Notes: a model not told the origin generated them from the sequence alone. 63,299 nt of DNA, filler included, from Octopus bimaculoides (GCF_001194135.2; 7 parts of 6 records of this genome joined end to end with filler, not necessarily neighbours in it), one strand, 5' to 3'. Positions 38,549 through 52,480 are shown, counted from the first letter of the whole stretch. Translations and numbers: made by a program.

Positions 38549-38829
38549 GTATGGCCATGTTGGATATGTTGCGGGAAGTGCTACCTCGGTTTCCGTGAAT
38601 AAGGTGGTGTCTTCAAAGTGTTATCAGCGATCATAGTAGCACCAAATGTTCCAAGACGGTTCTCACATGTTCGCAGTTTCAAATTGCTGGCAGCGGTATG
38701 TAGGTAACTGTTTTTTGGTTGTAGTCTTGCTGGCGGTAACTACCTGTGTTCACGCTAGTGGCAGTGGTGGCGAAATTTTATAATTTTAACCAGTCGTAAT
38801 TCTCCATTGCCGACATACTGGAACTCGCA

Positions 38830-39050
38830 ATTATCTGTATCTATACTGAAATATGTAACCTGGTGTCTTTGGAGTAAGCGGGTATGCTCTCCACAGGTCA
38901 CAGTAAATCTTTGTTCCCGGCAGAATCAATTTTTGATTGCAATCTTCCTGTATGTCATGATCCCGAGGAAGCACAGCGAAAAGAAGAGCTTCTCGCGTTT
39001 CATGACACACTGCTGAAAATCCTGATATCAGACTGACCATTGACTAAACG
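38830..39050 (-). mobile_element. Merlin (IS1016/IS1595-related) transposase remnant
   Basis: RLVNGQ.. then, after a frameshift, VCHETREALLFAV.PRD.....ILPGTKIYCDLWRAY....PGY. This matches the Merlin/ISXO2 core GQWVFGG.CRET.E.F..V..R...L...I...ILPGT.I.SD.WRAY. Confidence 0.75.
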
Positions 39051-39231
39051 AGAGGAGTAACGGCAACACAAGCTAGGACAACGAAACAACAATACATTTC
39101 CTTCATAAAATTATACCCTAATATCATGTAAATTGAAATTATGTGTAAAAAATGCTAGGAAACGGATCGGGTTATCAAGGATGGTGCTCGATCAGAGTTC
39201 ACCTGCATTCAAACATAAGTTGTAATATTCT

Positions 39232-39443
39232 CTTTTCTACTGTAGGCACAAGGCTCGAAATTGTTTGGGAGGGGTCAGTCGATTAGATCGACCCCAGTAC
39301 GCAACTAGTATTTAATTTATCGACCCTAAAAGGATGAAAAGCAACGTCGACTTCGGCGGAATTTGAACGCAGGAGGTAAAGACAGACGAAATACCACTAA
39401 TCATTTCACTTGGCGTGCTAACTTTCTGGCAGCTCGCCGCTTT
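39232..39443 (-). mobile_element. tRNA-derived SINE (family B)
   Basis: GTCGATTAGATCGACCCCAGTACGCAACT...CGGCGGAATTTGAACGC...GGCAGCTCGCCGC. Confidence 0.88.
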
Positions 39444-41899
39444 TAAGAAGTAATATATTGCTGGTAACTTTATGATTGTGAGACTTGAACTTAAATAAGG
39501 GAAATGCAAAGCCTGTTGTTATGCATATAGTACATTCCACTGCACTTCCATCCATTGCCAGTATCGTTGGAAATGAATATAATATTAATGTGGGAACGCT
39601 GTGCAATTGAGACTGCTAGCTTGACATTTTGCTTGAGAAAAGGATACATATTTTAGAGATAAAATCATGTAAGCTTAATTATTGGAATGCTTTTCCATTG
39701 CGTAAATCATTGATTGATATGAATTCCGAGCACGTCTCTCCGATAAAAACTTTCATCAGTTAGATTACATTAAGTTCATATACTCTAGCAAATACATCAA
39801 CATTAACATATAATTTTACATACGTTTAGGTTTTTGCGTTGGTGAATATACGCACGAACACATACACTACACACAGCACATGTACACACATTCGTACAAA
39901 CATATACAAACATACATATTAATAAGTCGATTATTGAAATTTATTGCTGGAGATTGTTTGTTACCCTAACAAAAACATTCTTATTGTAGGAAGGTTAAGC
40001 TTATTTTCTTTCTAGATATTTTCTGTCTGTTATTGAAAGATATATACACTTAATTAAAAATACACTTGGAGGTTTACATTGTTCCTTATTATATGAAAAC
40101 ATTCCTTTGAGCAATATTATATATAATTGATTTTTAAAAAAAATATGCACCCTTTCTGCATACTACAGAAATATGGCACTAATATATCTGTTTTGTTTTT
40201 ATATTTACAAAAATGCATTAAGTGTTGATAGTTTTGTCTTTCTGTGGATGCTCTAATTCTTCCTTATAAAAGTACAAGTCCATTGTTTGAATTCATTTAA
40301 CTTCATTCAAAACTTATTTCCCGTTAAAACTGTTAAAACTGCTTGTGGTTGATTCCCGTCTTTCCTATCCGAAATATATGTTTGCCGTTATGTTAGTTCC
40401 TTAAGATTAATATAGGTGAAAGCTACACTATCTACTCTCAATTAATACTGAATTACACCGCTATAACTTCTTCACATCTAGGGTTTATCGAATATTTTGC
40501 AAGAGTAGCGATGATGAAAAATGATACAATCCGATGATCTTTCTGAATTGTATTCTTACTCAATTCCGCCCTAATTCCTGAGAGAAAGTTAATATCTTTC
40601 CTAGCATACTAATGTTTATTGACTTTACCAAATATTTTTCATGAATTACTATTTATCATTTTTCGCAGAAACCAGCTGACTTAAAGTTTTCCTAAGGTAA
40701 CTTGCCTCGAAGATGTAAATCTTGTTTTAGAGTTGTATTGCTGAAAGGAAAACAATTTGAACACGTTTGTACTTTTAGTATGAATAATGTTTGAAGTATA
40801 AACAGTAGAGTTTTCCAAATGCTACAGTTTATCGCACTTGGAAATACTTTTCTCCAAGTAATATTTCTTAAGAGGCCAGAATTGTTCAAAGGTTCAGTTT
40901 AATAAATCCTGGGTCAATAGAGATCTTCACTTATATTTTCAATAATCTTGCAACATTTGGAAAAATCTCTCGTGGAGTATCAAAATAATATATAAACAAC
41001 GGCTTAAGTGTCAAATTCCCGGGCGCATTTGTTTATACAAAAAAATTGCTCCCCCCCCCCCAAATCCGTGTATCGATGTTTTGCAAATTTATAAAATGCA
41101 AAACACAAAACAAAAAGGAGATCTAGGTAAATATGAGAAGAGCATTCTATTGCATTAGCATGTAGATTTCTGGGATAATTACTGCTTCAGAATTATATTA
41201 TAAATTCTGAATCATGCCTCCGTTTGTACTTGGAGACACCCTAATAAATATGCGATCGTTACTTGAATTTGCAAAACAATCTCGAAAGACAACAAACGTT
41301 TCATTGATCTGCTGGGCTTCTTGTTTCATTGTTATTACTCCTGTTATATCTATTTATTAGCTTCTGTTGTATATGGTCTAAAGAATCTACCGCGTGACCT
41401 CGTGACACTTGCACTCGTACACTGAAAATTACTTGATATATAACAAGGTTTCTGTTTGTATACATGTTAGTTTACAAGCGTTAGGCCCCATGGAGTTTCG
41501 CATGGTAAATTCTGTTAATGATTGGTTTTATTATATGCCTTAAAATAAGGGCATGATTCATAATGATCCTACAGGCACAAGGTCCATTCTCTTCTTTTTT
41601 TTAGTTAATTATTCAATTAATATTTGTTTGTGGTTATCAGATATGATGGGATACTAAAAATAGTGGATTAATTAAGAAATTACGAAATCGGCAAACATAT
41701 CATACGTTGTAACACAAGGACATTCTCCAGAAATGTAAAAACAAATCAAATGTGACGAATAAACTTTGCTTTTCTTCCGTGCAATAATAGATCACCAACA
41801 ATTCTCACTTCAGGAAGGGTTAAATATAACTTACGGGGATAGTCAAACAGAGATAATGCATTTTTAAAAGCTAATTTTAGATGTTAACTCCAGTAATGT

Positions 41900-42053
41900 T
41901 GGTTTCAAATTTTGGAACAAGGCCAGCAAGCTCGGGCGAGAGGTGTAACTCGTTTATATCAATCCCATTGATAAGCTAGTACATATTTTAGGGACTTTGA
42001 AAGTATGGAAGGCAAAGTGGACCTCAACCGAATTTCACGTTAGAACGTAAAGA
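41900..42053 (-). mobile_element. SINE (family B), head truncated by adjacent mariner
   Basis: TTTCAAATTTTGGAACAAGGCCAGCAA...GGCAAAGTGGACCTC...GAACGTAAAGACG. Confidence 0.75.
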
Positions 42054-42388
42054 CGTTCAGTTGCACAAAATCTCCTTGATTGTATCGAGAACGATGAAAA
42101 TTTTTTAAAAACTTTGTGTAGGCCTCTGAGCAGGTATTGCCAAGCTTTTGGCAAAATTTGATGCGGATCCTCTGCTCAACTGTCCCTGTCATGGTCAATG
42201 CGACGATCACACGCTACACACCTTCCATCCAAACACTGCTGTAAACAGCAGAAGTGATGTAAGACATTGAAACTTAGTGCGCATGCACAGCAGTATTCAG
42301 GGTCAATCTGTGCAAGCCAGCTTCACTCTGCCTGCTTTAGCTTCATTACCATGGTGAAAGTCCGGATACTTATTGATCAGACCCCATA
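42054..42388 (-). mobile_element. Mariner 5' end with an inverted internal fragment
   Basis: Minus strand: TA + TGGGGTCTGATCAATAAGTATCCGGACT (TIR); ATG 42192-42190 gives MTGTVEQRIRIKFCQKLGNTCSEAYTK. Plus strand 42057-42113 gives SVAQNLLDCIENDENFLKT, the segment just before the first catalytic D. Confidence 0.85.
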
Positions 42389-45300
42389 TATANNNNNNNN
42401 NNNNNNNNNNNNNNNNNNNNNNNNNNNNNNNNNNNNNNNNNNNNNNNNNNNNNNNNNNNNNNNNNNNNNNNNNNNNNNNNNNNNNNNNNNNNNNNNNNNN
42501 NNNNNNNNNNNNATATATAGACATACTTTCATACATGCATGTATTCACGCTCATATGTAGGCGCAAGTAAGTTGTGCGCCTATTATCGAACTGTCGGGTT
42601 ATATTGACCCCAATACCGGACTGGTATGATTGTATATATCTGGAAGGATGAAAGAAAATTATAGTTGAAAGTATGGCAGTACACAATCAGGTAATACTAT
42701 AATTTAAACGCAGCCATGTATATGCGGTTTGAGTTAACCAGTTTTTATAGTGATTGATTTTTAAAGCTTAGGATTCCTTTTAATGGTTTCAATGTTGACA
42801 GAGATAACGGAAACTTCCAATTAAGCACTATAGATTTTCTTTGTAACGACATGTGTAGGATTTTCTCTACTCTGAATGCTTACTGCATTAGTTTATTTCC
42901 ATGAAAAGGCTTATAGATGTATTCGTTTGTTCTCTCTATGTAATTGGTGTGTCGAGGAATGCCTTCATGCATAAGCATATATAGCTTAATCGGAAGTTTC
43001 GTAGATTTGTGACATTCTCCCTGGAATAAGTAAGTGCCACAGTAATCAATAAGTTTTCACATAGATAAATCGCTGTCCTCAGAGTAATAGTGGCAATTTA
43101 TGTACACACAGACTTATACTTACACATGTTCAAACACACACACACGCACGCATTAATTTATATATATGGATATGTACGTATATATATATATATATATATA
43201 TNNNNNNNNNNNNNNNNNNNNNNNNNNNNNNNNNNNNNNNNNNNNNNNNNNNNNNNNNNNNNNNNNNNNNNNNNNNNNNNNNNNNNNNNNNNNNNNNNNN
43301 NNNNNNNNNNNNNNNNNNNNNNNNNNNNNNNNNNNNNNNNNNNNNNNNNNNNNNNNNNNNNNNNNNNNNNNNNNNNNNNNNNNNNNNNNNNNNNNNNNNN
43401 NNNNNNNNNNNNNNNNNNNNNNNNNNNNNNNNNNNNNNNNNNNNNNNNNNNNNNNNNNNNNNNNNNNNNNNNNNNNNNNNNNNNNNNNNNNNNNNNNNNN
43501 NNNNNNNNNNNNNNNNNNNNNNNNNNNNNNNNNNNNNNNNNNNNNNNNNNNNNNNNNNNNNNNNNNNNNNNNNNNNNNNNNNNNNNNNNNNNNNNNNNNN
43601 NNNNNNNNNNNNNNNNNNNNNNNNNNNNNNNNNNNNNNNNNNNNNNNNNNNNNNNNNNNNNNNNNNNNNNNNNNNNNNNNNNNNNNNATATATATATATA
43701 TATATACATATATGCATACATAAATATGAAGGCATCTACTTATTCATAAACATGCACACTCATACATAGATACATAGACAGATTCTTTTTTATAGAAATA
43801 TAAAAACATGTAGGTAAAAGCATGCGCGAGCGCGTGTATGTCTGTTTGTGTGTACGTAGGTAAAAATCATAGGTCTCTAGCGTTCCGCAGGCTAAAAGCA
43901 TAAACAATATTTGTTTACTTAATATACTGTATATTGAACGCCTACATAAATTTGCACCGATTCATTGTGTGTCAATGTTAATCTAGAAAATTGCATGATA
44001 CATTTTCCTTGCCTTACAGTAAATCAACATTTAATTACTGCGCCATATTTCAGATATTATATCGGTTTCTCTTTCTCATTATTTTTTCTTCTTGCATTCG
44101 TTACTGCAATAAATACTTTCATTTTATTATTGACTATATTCGTACGATTTATTACTTATTAAAACCTTGTTTTGTCGAAATGAAAATTTCTACATATTGC
44201 TGAATCAGAAGCAAGGTTTATGGAAATATAAATTAATGATATGCATGAAGATAGTTTCTTTTTCTTTTTTTTTCGTTTTTGTTATCATGAGATTCGTAAA
44301 TATATAGTGAGATATTAATTAATGTTAGTGAAATATTATTGACGAAATCACGCACTGAATAAAAACTGGCAAAACGATTGTTAGCGAAAAATAACATTTT
44401 CAAATCAAAACTAATATTTTGTGTAGTGTATCGATCGTTTACTCACCCAATACAACCAGCTATGAAATTAGAATGATTAGATGGTTCATTACATTTGTAA
44501 GCTCTGCCGATGATATGTGTTGTATGTTTGTATACCAGGTTATAGTGAATGAGGAATTCAATTTCGTCAAAAGTCAATAACATAAGCCAATAAATGGGAT
44601 TATATTTTTGTGGGTATTGAGGAAGTGAAGTCCCCATGGCTATCACAAGTAGCGCTGCTAGACCATGGGGATTCGTGGTGCCATTAATGACTAATGTTCC
44701 TGTTGAGAGGTAGCACGTAGACAATGCAAGACATACATAATCCGGGAGGAAATTGTAGATGGTTCACTTCAGGGAAAGACGAACTGGTCGTAAAAAAGAT
44801 TCAGATTGGGCACAACAAGACTGAAGAAAGGAGAGACGGCTTGGTCAGGAATAACTGAGTGGAAATGGTATGGCCCAAATCAGCACCGAGGAGGAGCGAC
44901 CATGATAGTTATGATAGAAAAGTTTGAGAGGCGAGAAAATGGCCCTTGATCCAGGGGTAGGAGCGTGTCTTGGAGTAATTTTACGCCAGTTATCAGGGTG
45001 GCTTTTTTGTGGATGCGATCTTCAATGCCTGTGTTTACAGCAGCAACATCCTTTCAAATGAGTGAAAAATGTTCTTTTCTAGTTTGGTGTGAGCTTTGTA
45101 GTTTATGAATAGTAAATCATCAATAGTAAAATATCAGAAGTAGCTGTCTGATATGCTAGAAAACACAACCAAATATCAATCAAATCCCATCGTGCTGCAT
45201 TTAAAGGAACAAACAATACCAAAATGTAAGTCTGAAAAAAAAAAGCAGAATAAGAGAGACGTTGACGATTGAAACACGCTAGATGATTAGATCGTCTTCT

Positions 45301-46221
45301 TCAGGTTTAACACAAGTCTAAAAATGATTATATGGACTATGCATTGATTAACACAAGCGTTGTTATTTCGTATTGGATTATACTGAACGTCGGCAATAAT
45401 ACGAATATAACTCATTTATATAGGAAATATAGGAATAAACTGAAGTAGTACGTCAAAATTAACTAGTAGAAACATGATACTTCTCGATCTTTAGTTATTA
45501 GCGCTATGTTGAACAATATACTGGATACTTCGAAAGCAGGTATAATCAGATATGAAGAGATAACACCTGGAATTTATTATTTATCTATGAATTACACTGG
45601 TATATATAAAGAAAACTGAAATTGTAAAGTATACACTGTCCGGAGATAAATCATTACAGAGTTCAGATGTAATTTGTACAGACCAGATGTATTAATGTCA
45701 AACTAGAGTTAATGGACATACTTCCTGCCTACTTCTCTACAATCTGGCATTAAATATATGTGAAGATGATCATAAGTGTAAAGCATCTTACCATAGGTTC
45801 GCTTAACGTATATTAAGCAGGAAGGAACATAAGTAATATTCTAAGCCGTCGTTCGTCCCACTGAAACTAACAGCCAAATTTCGTTGAAGTTTCATCCTAA
45901 CATCTGAAAAACAAAAAAATGTAGAATTAAACCTGACGATTTCACATCTAACGTCCTTGGTTTCAAGCCAACTCAATTATAGCTGTCCAAATCCTACAAT
46001 AATAACATCACCACCATCATCATTCTGAAATATTTAAATAACTACCTTGGTATTCATACCGTGACTACTATGCGTACAGATGTCGAAAATGTTCATAGCT
46101 ACGGATGTGTGCTAGCAAATTCCTCAATATAAAATTCATTCTATGAGGAACTGTTCTACGTAAAGGGAACAAAGGAATACTAGGTTAAAATAGAAGAAAT
46201 GTTTCCTTATCGAGTCGTACC

Positions 46222-46449
46222 ATGCTCATAAGGGCCGGTTTCCCTGTTTCAATGGTTTATAAATTCCATATCTGGACAGTACGCCGATCATTCACAAGAT
46301 TATTCATTTTTCTCAGCTGAGGAGACTAGAGCAACGTAAAATAGAGTGTTTTGCTCTCGAACACAATGCATCACTCGGTTCAGGAATCGAAACCACAATC
46401 TTACGATAATGGGTCCAACACCCTAACCACTAAGCCACGTGCCTCCACA
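46222..46449 (-). mobile_element. tRNA-derived SINE (family A)
   Basis: Reverse complement begins TGTGGAGGCACGTGGCTTAGTGGTTAGGGTGTTGG...GGTTTCGATTCC (A and B boxes). Confidence 0.88.
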
Positions 46450-46877
46450 AGTTAAAATGCATACATATATACAAACACACTACGCACGCACGCATACAAG
46501 CAGGCACATACTTTTAGCCTAGGACAAATGCAACTCCACTGACTATACCATGCTAATTAGTCTCAGCGAGGTGATTGTCTCATAAGTACTCAATAGCTAT
46601 TCATAAAGTTACAAATTATCTATTCCCGTGACACATGTCTATGGATTGAAAGATGAGATGGAAAAAAGCTAACTAGTGATACACGATGCAAAGAAATTTG
46701 AGTGAACGTATATTTACACACACAAACAGACGCTCATGCATTTAAATATTCAGATATCAAGAATATTCTTAAATACATGTAAAAACATATATCTTACAAA
46801 TAAAAAATATCAAATCAATATACGCATTTAGGAAAGCATTTGATAAAATATGAAATAAGGATGTGCATACGGACAGC

Positions 46878-47124
46878 GGAGACGCGTGGCTTAGTGGTTA
46901 GGGTGTTGGTCCCATCATCGAAAACTTGTGGTTTCGATTCCTGGAACAGGCGACGCGTTGAGGGTTTAGCAAAACAATTCTTTCACGTTTCTCAAGTTAA
47001 CTCAGCTGGCAAAAATGAGTAATCTGGCAACGGACCGGCGGCCCGTCCATGTGGAGAATATATATTTGCCATGGAAATCGGGAAAACGGCCACTATGAGT
47101 TCGTATGACTCTGGAAGGAACTTT
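46878..47124 (+). mobile_element. tRNA-derived SINE (family A)
   Basis: GGAGACGCGTGGCTTAGTGGTTAGGGTGTTGGTCCC...GGTTTCGATTCC...CTCAGCTGGCAAAAATGAGTA. Confidence 0.88.
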
Positions 47125-47974
47125 AATTTTTATTATATAGGGACTAAGAATTGCGCTAGCTTCAATGTTGTTTCAGTGGATCTTCTCATAGAGACAAATG
47201 TGTCTAAAATTATAGAGGCCTCACTCAATGATGTCATCTGCGGATCGAGAGACAAAGTGTTTTGACTTGATATAGTCAATTAGCTTAAGCGTTTGGTGTA
47301 GTATCTCTCACATTGGTAAGGGTAAGATACTCGGAGAGAAAATTTATGCTTCGGTTGGATTACTCTTTCAAATGAATCTAGGATGTGAATAGAGTTAGCA
47401 GTATGTAGATTTTTCCGAGTAGGACATCTATAGAAATAACTTTAACGAGGGTTTTTATACAAATAACAAGAGTAAGAGATCAAGTGTCCACATGGCTTGA
47501 GGAAGAACTTGTGTAGAGAATTATGACTGACTGAAAGTAGGTTACATTACATGACCGCAAGAAATGAATAAATGATATGTTATACGAATGTATAGACTGC
47601 TAGTTGGTATGCATCAAACAATAAGTGTTGACAATCACCGAGATGATATTTGGATAGACGTGGTTTCGATTGTTGGTGTGTTTAATTGCAATAAATCCCA
47701 AGGAGTGTGAAGGGAGAAAGAGAGAAGAAGCACCAAACTTTTGACATGTCATATGTTTGGAAGTTATTCGTGACCAACTACCAGATAGCCGTACGGGAAC
47801 ACACACTGTTGGGTGTTCGTATATACATACATATATTCGCATATATATATATATGTATATATANNNNNNNNNNNNNNNNNNNNNNNNNNNNNNNNNNNNN
47901 NNNNNNNNNNNNNNNNNNNNNNNNNNNNNNNNNNNNNNNNNNNNNNNNNNNNNNNNNNNNNNNNNNNNNNNNNN

Positions 47975-48022
<48 letters not shown>

Positions 48023-48883
48023 AATATATATACATATTTGTGTATGTGTGTGTGTGTGTACATACATAAATGCATACATACGGACACACACACATATACA
48101 TATATATATGAGAAGTTACTCTACCCGATGAACATACATAAAAATTATATATAGCAGTACAGACAACTGATATAATTTATGACCACAGCTGACTTTTATG
48201 ACTTCCTCTAAGATTACAATATTTCGTCTGGTCAGCAGTGTTATTAAATGCGAGAAAACTGAGATACGATACGCTACCTTATAAAAAGCGGTGTCTTCTA
48301 TTCTGTGCTAGACATTATATGATTGATATAACATATTAAAACAGTATTCGGTATCAAGAAAAAAAAACAAAGAGAAAAAAATAATCAATACATGATGTGA
48401 GGATTTTAATTTGAGAATTGCTAAGTCTGACAGACATGTTAAAATAATTAAAGATTGTACGTGTGGAAAGTTACTGCGTTAAAGAAATTCATTACATCTG
48501 TGAAACAGACGAACAAAGTGGAGAGATCATATATGTCCGTACTCAATAGTATGAGGCTGGAACAGTGACGGAAGAAACTATTTCAAGAAGTTTAGTTAAC
48601 GTTATATTTTACATATTATTTATTTTCTACTAAGAGATTGGCAAGTATGTTACAAGTAGTAGAAACACGGATAAGAAGCTTCATATTAACGTCTATTCAG
48701 GGTCCCTGACTTAATAGACTTCACGACTCTGACTTAATAGACTATGTCCAGTTTCGAACAAAAATGACGACATGCGCAAACACACACCTACACAAATGCG
48801 TGTGCACGTATACACATATACAAGTGCACGTACACACACACACGCACATACCCGTACACATACACACATAAGTATGTATGTAT

Positions 48884-49000
48884 GAAAGGTTGCATGGCCT
48901 GGCGGTTCGAGTGTTGCACCGAAGATTACGATTTCTTGGTTTAGATTCCCCGAACTGGGCCATGCGTTGTGTTCGTCATCTCACGTTGTTCTGCCATCAA
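48884..49000 (+). mobile_element. Degraded SINE head (family A-like)
   Basis: GAAAGGTTGCATGGCCTGGCGGTT...GGTTTAGATTCCCC...GCGTTGTGTTC. Confidence 0.55.
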
Positions 49001-49434
49001 GACGTCATTTCACGTTGTACATAGTACATCTGCAGAAGCAATGTCAATGGAGAAGAGTGATCACCACAAACAAGTCACGTGTGCAGGACATTCATCAATA
49101 AATTTAAAAACCCTCATCTTTCGTCTATAAGAAGAAAGTTAAATACGTCTCGATGCGTGTATACAAGAATCACTAGAATGAAATTAATCAGTAATTTAGT
49201 ACTTTTATATCAAAACCTAAATTTACAGCTATAGAAAAAAATCTTCAACAGAAAGTCTTAGAAATACCAAATGCTAGAATATAAATAATTAAAATATGAT
49301 CTTGCAACAATCCACTGACTATATTAATAAAAAAATTTCATACATTTAACGTTCAATATTTCGCCAAGTAATATAACATATCTTCATTCCGAATACGACG
49401 TTTAATACTTGTGATTCTTTTGTTTTTTCTTTTG

Positions 49435-49483
<49 letters not shown>

Positions 49484-49732
49484 TTATTATTATTATTATT
49501 ANNNNNNNNNNAAAAATATAAAAAGCATAGTTAACAAAACAAAATCATGAATTATCAATACTTTTTGTTGTGAAAATTCGGGTTGTTAATTATCAATCTT
49601 TCATTGGAGCAATTCACTGATTTTATTTATTGTGTTATACATTTTGCTGTTCCACCATAATAAAATAAAGAATGAATTCTAATGAATTTGATTTTTTGTA
49701 ATGATGTTTTCCGTGATTTTTGTTGTTGTTGG

Positions 49733-49778
<46 letters not shown>

Positions 49779-51025
49779 GCTGCTGCTGCTTCTGCTGCTG
49801 CTGCTACTATTGTTGTTATTATTATTATTAACTTTATTATTGTTGTTGTTATTGTGCTTGATTTGTTTGATTGACTACAGACAACATTCCATCAAATTAC
49901 AATGATTTTTCTTTCTTTATGTCTCTCTCTCTCCCTCTCCCTAATTCTTTCTCTCTTTATATTTCTATCTTTCTTAATATCATCCTCTTCTTATTAAACT
50001 AATTATCGATTATTTCTAAAATGTTAAAAATTCTGATGACATTTTCCTTAATTAGCATATTTATAAAGTTAACAACAATTAAAAAAATAAGAAATAATGA
50101 ATAGTAAATGAACATAAAAAAGACATGAAAATGAACAATAATCACATAATACAAAAAAAAAGGGAAGTAATAAAAAATAATAATTACCAATTAAAAGAAT
50201 CACAATGTAATATATATAATTAGGAAATGGGTAACTACAAGTAAAAATTGGTAACAAAGAGAAAAATCTCACTGTATTTCATGTTGAACATACAAAACGC
50301 GTTCAACCTAAATATCTCGCGGCAGTGAGTCTAAATTTTGAGAAAATTTATTGATTTCTCTCAACTTGTTCAAGAGTCCACGAAATTTTAGACGAAGAAA
50401 CATGCTGTGACTGACATCACTTTCCCAAAGGTACTAGCGATCAAAGTGAAATTAATTTTCCTCGTCGCTTATTGGCGCAACTATTTGTGATGTGTACACT
50501 CTCACGAACCTTGAAAGGCTTGTAAATGATAATGGGCTATCTTACGAAAATACAATAGATGTAAAGAAAAGAAAAAAAGAAAATCGTCGATACTAACAGC
50601 TAGAAACAGCAGTTACCGTATATAAGTATTCCAACTGAAGGAAATTAAATTGAACAGATACTGAAGATAATATACCTAAAATACAAAGGAGCGAGCGAGA
50701 TTAATCGAAAGGTGTAGTAAGGTAAAGCAATTCATTTTCAGATAGCAAACGGCTTGGCAAAGACTCTGCTGTAGCTTTCTTAGTGCCGCCTCTATTACCT
50801 TTTGCATGCAATGTTAGGAATCCGATACGGAAGATTACTCATATGTACGGAAAAGTTCGTGTATTTTTCTCATTAATATAAAACTTACCGAGTTGTGGTT
50901 GTTTGTTAAATAACTTGAACTAACGCCTTGTGTTGAAACGGAGAGGTTACATCGTGGACGTATCATCTAAAAAATTTTAAAGTCGCTCAATATCTGTTAG
51001 TTTCACAGTTAATTTATTTTCCTAG

Positions 51026-51085
51026 GTACCAAAATTATAGTCGTATAAGAACCAGCTTCAATAATTATGAAACTCTTATGGAGAG
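51026..51085 (+). CDS. Candidate 60-nt internal exon (unverified)
   Basis: Acceptor AATTTATTTTCCTAG, donor AG|GTATGT, length divisible by 3. Only one phase is open: YQNYSRIRTSFNNYETLME. No recognisable homology. Confidence 0.35.
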
Positions 51086-52319
51086 GTATGTGCTCACTTC
51101 TTCCAAAACCTGGAATTGCAACCAAAACTGAAATATTCAAAGCCGTGCCCGCAGACTATCATCAATGGAAAACAGACTAAACAAGCTTGTGTCATCTTAT
51201 CAGCAGAAGCAAGGACAGTTAGTGATAATTTTCTTTGTACATAGTGCCTCAGAGATCGCTGTATGTGTAACGTTTTTGTACGTCGTGGTTAACATTAATG
51301 AACATGTTTTTTGTTAAACCATAAGATTTTATCAATCGTTCTGACGCATCCCTCTGAGTAGTTAAAAGCAAAAGCATTTCCAATTAGATGAAGCATATTG
51401 TAGTCAACGCTCACTTCACACCAGGAAAAAGTGTGTTATGTATATTTCATAGTTCTGTATGTCACATCAACGTACATGCCATAAATTATGCCCGGGAAAA
51501 TGGAGTGTTATTGCCGTGTATTTCCCTTAATATTCACATAAAAGGCAATCCCATGATATAACAATCTTGCAGCGTTTTAAAACCACTACAAGTCTGCTAT
51601 TGATATGTGGAAAACAGAAAACAACTGGAAAACGATGAAATTTCTGAAATTCTTCGATTAGTTTCGATTTCCTCTACAATTGACTTCTCCGTACACACTA
51701 TCAGATTTTAGGGTAAAAAGTATTCATTCTCTTGACAAGAAATGTTCATTGAAAATGATATCCCTCCAATTCATATGATCCGTTGTCTTTTAAACATTGA
51801 TGAATATGTTGCTGCATGAGTAGGAGAAATTACCAGTCTCAGAGTAGCCTCTCCTTTAGTTTCAAATGTTGCTGCTTCAACTCAATATGTACCATGTGGT
51901 GGATCAGATCCCTGAACGTCGGAAGATATCGATTCTTCAAACAAATCTAACGCAAGTGAAAGAAAACAAAGGAGAAAGTCTAGGTGAACGAAAATGGCCT
52001 CATTGACTTGTCAACGTAATTTAAAATCGCAGAGCTTGCACAGGAGAGGAAGTCAAAAGCAATATAAAGGGCCAAAAGGAACCAAGCGTTGTAAGTCAGT
52101 TGGTTAAAGATTGTACACGAGAAACTGAGATATTAATAAGATATTAATAAAGAGGGTCATGTACTCTTCGATATAATATTCGATGCATAGGTGTCCACCA
52201 AATTCTTGAAAAGTGTTCGAAGTAAAGATTCAAATTTCAAATTTATATTACCAAAAGATACAGGAATAAGCAGACACAAATTTATTTAGTTCATGACTTT
52301 TGCGATGACTTTATAATAC

Positions 52320-52480
52320 AATATCATCGACCCAATATGGACCGACACTTTATTTTATCAATTCCGGATGCATGAAAAGCAAAGATGGTCTCGGCGGGAT
52401 TTAAAATGGAGAGTGAAGAACAGCAAATATCGCAGAGTATTTCGGCCGACTCTCTTGCGATACTATCATTTTGCCAGAGG
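52320..52480 (-). mobile_element. Highly degraded SINE (family B)
   Basis: ATCGACCCAAT...TTATTTTATCAATTCCGGATGCATGAAAAGCAAAG...CTCGGCGGGATTT. Confidence 0.55.

Noticed and set aside
40669-40696. Good-looking acceptor/donor pair (28 nt); similar pairs at 2379-2478 and near 4594
   Set aside because: Stop codons in all three frames. At best non-coding exons, and they show that splice-like pairs arise by chance here.
51742-52107. 122-codon frame interrupted only by three TGA codons (selenoprotein-like read-through?)
   Set aside because: No redox motif, homology or SECIS element recognised. Such runs are expected occasionally by chance or through CGA-to-TGA decay.
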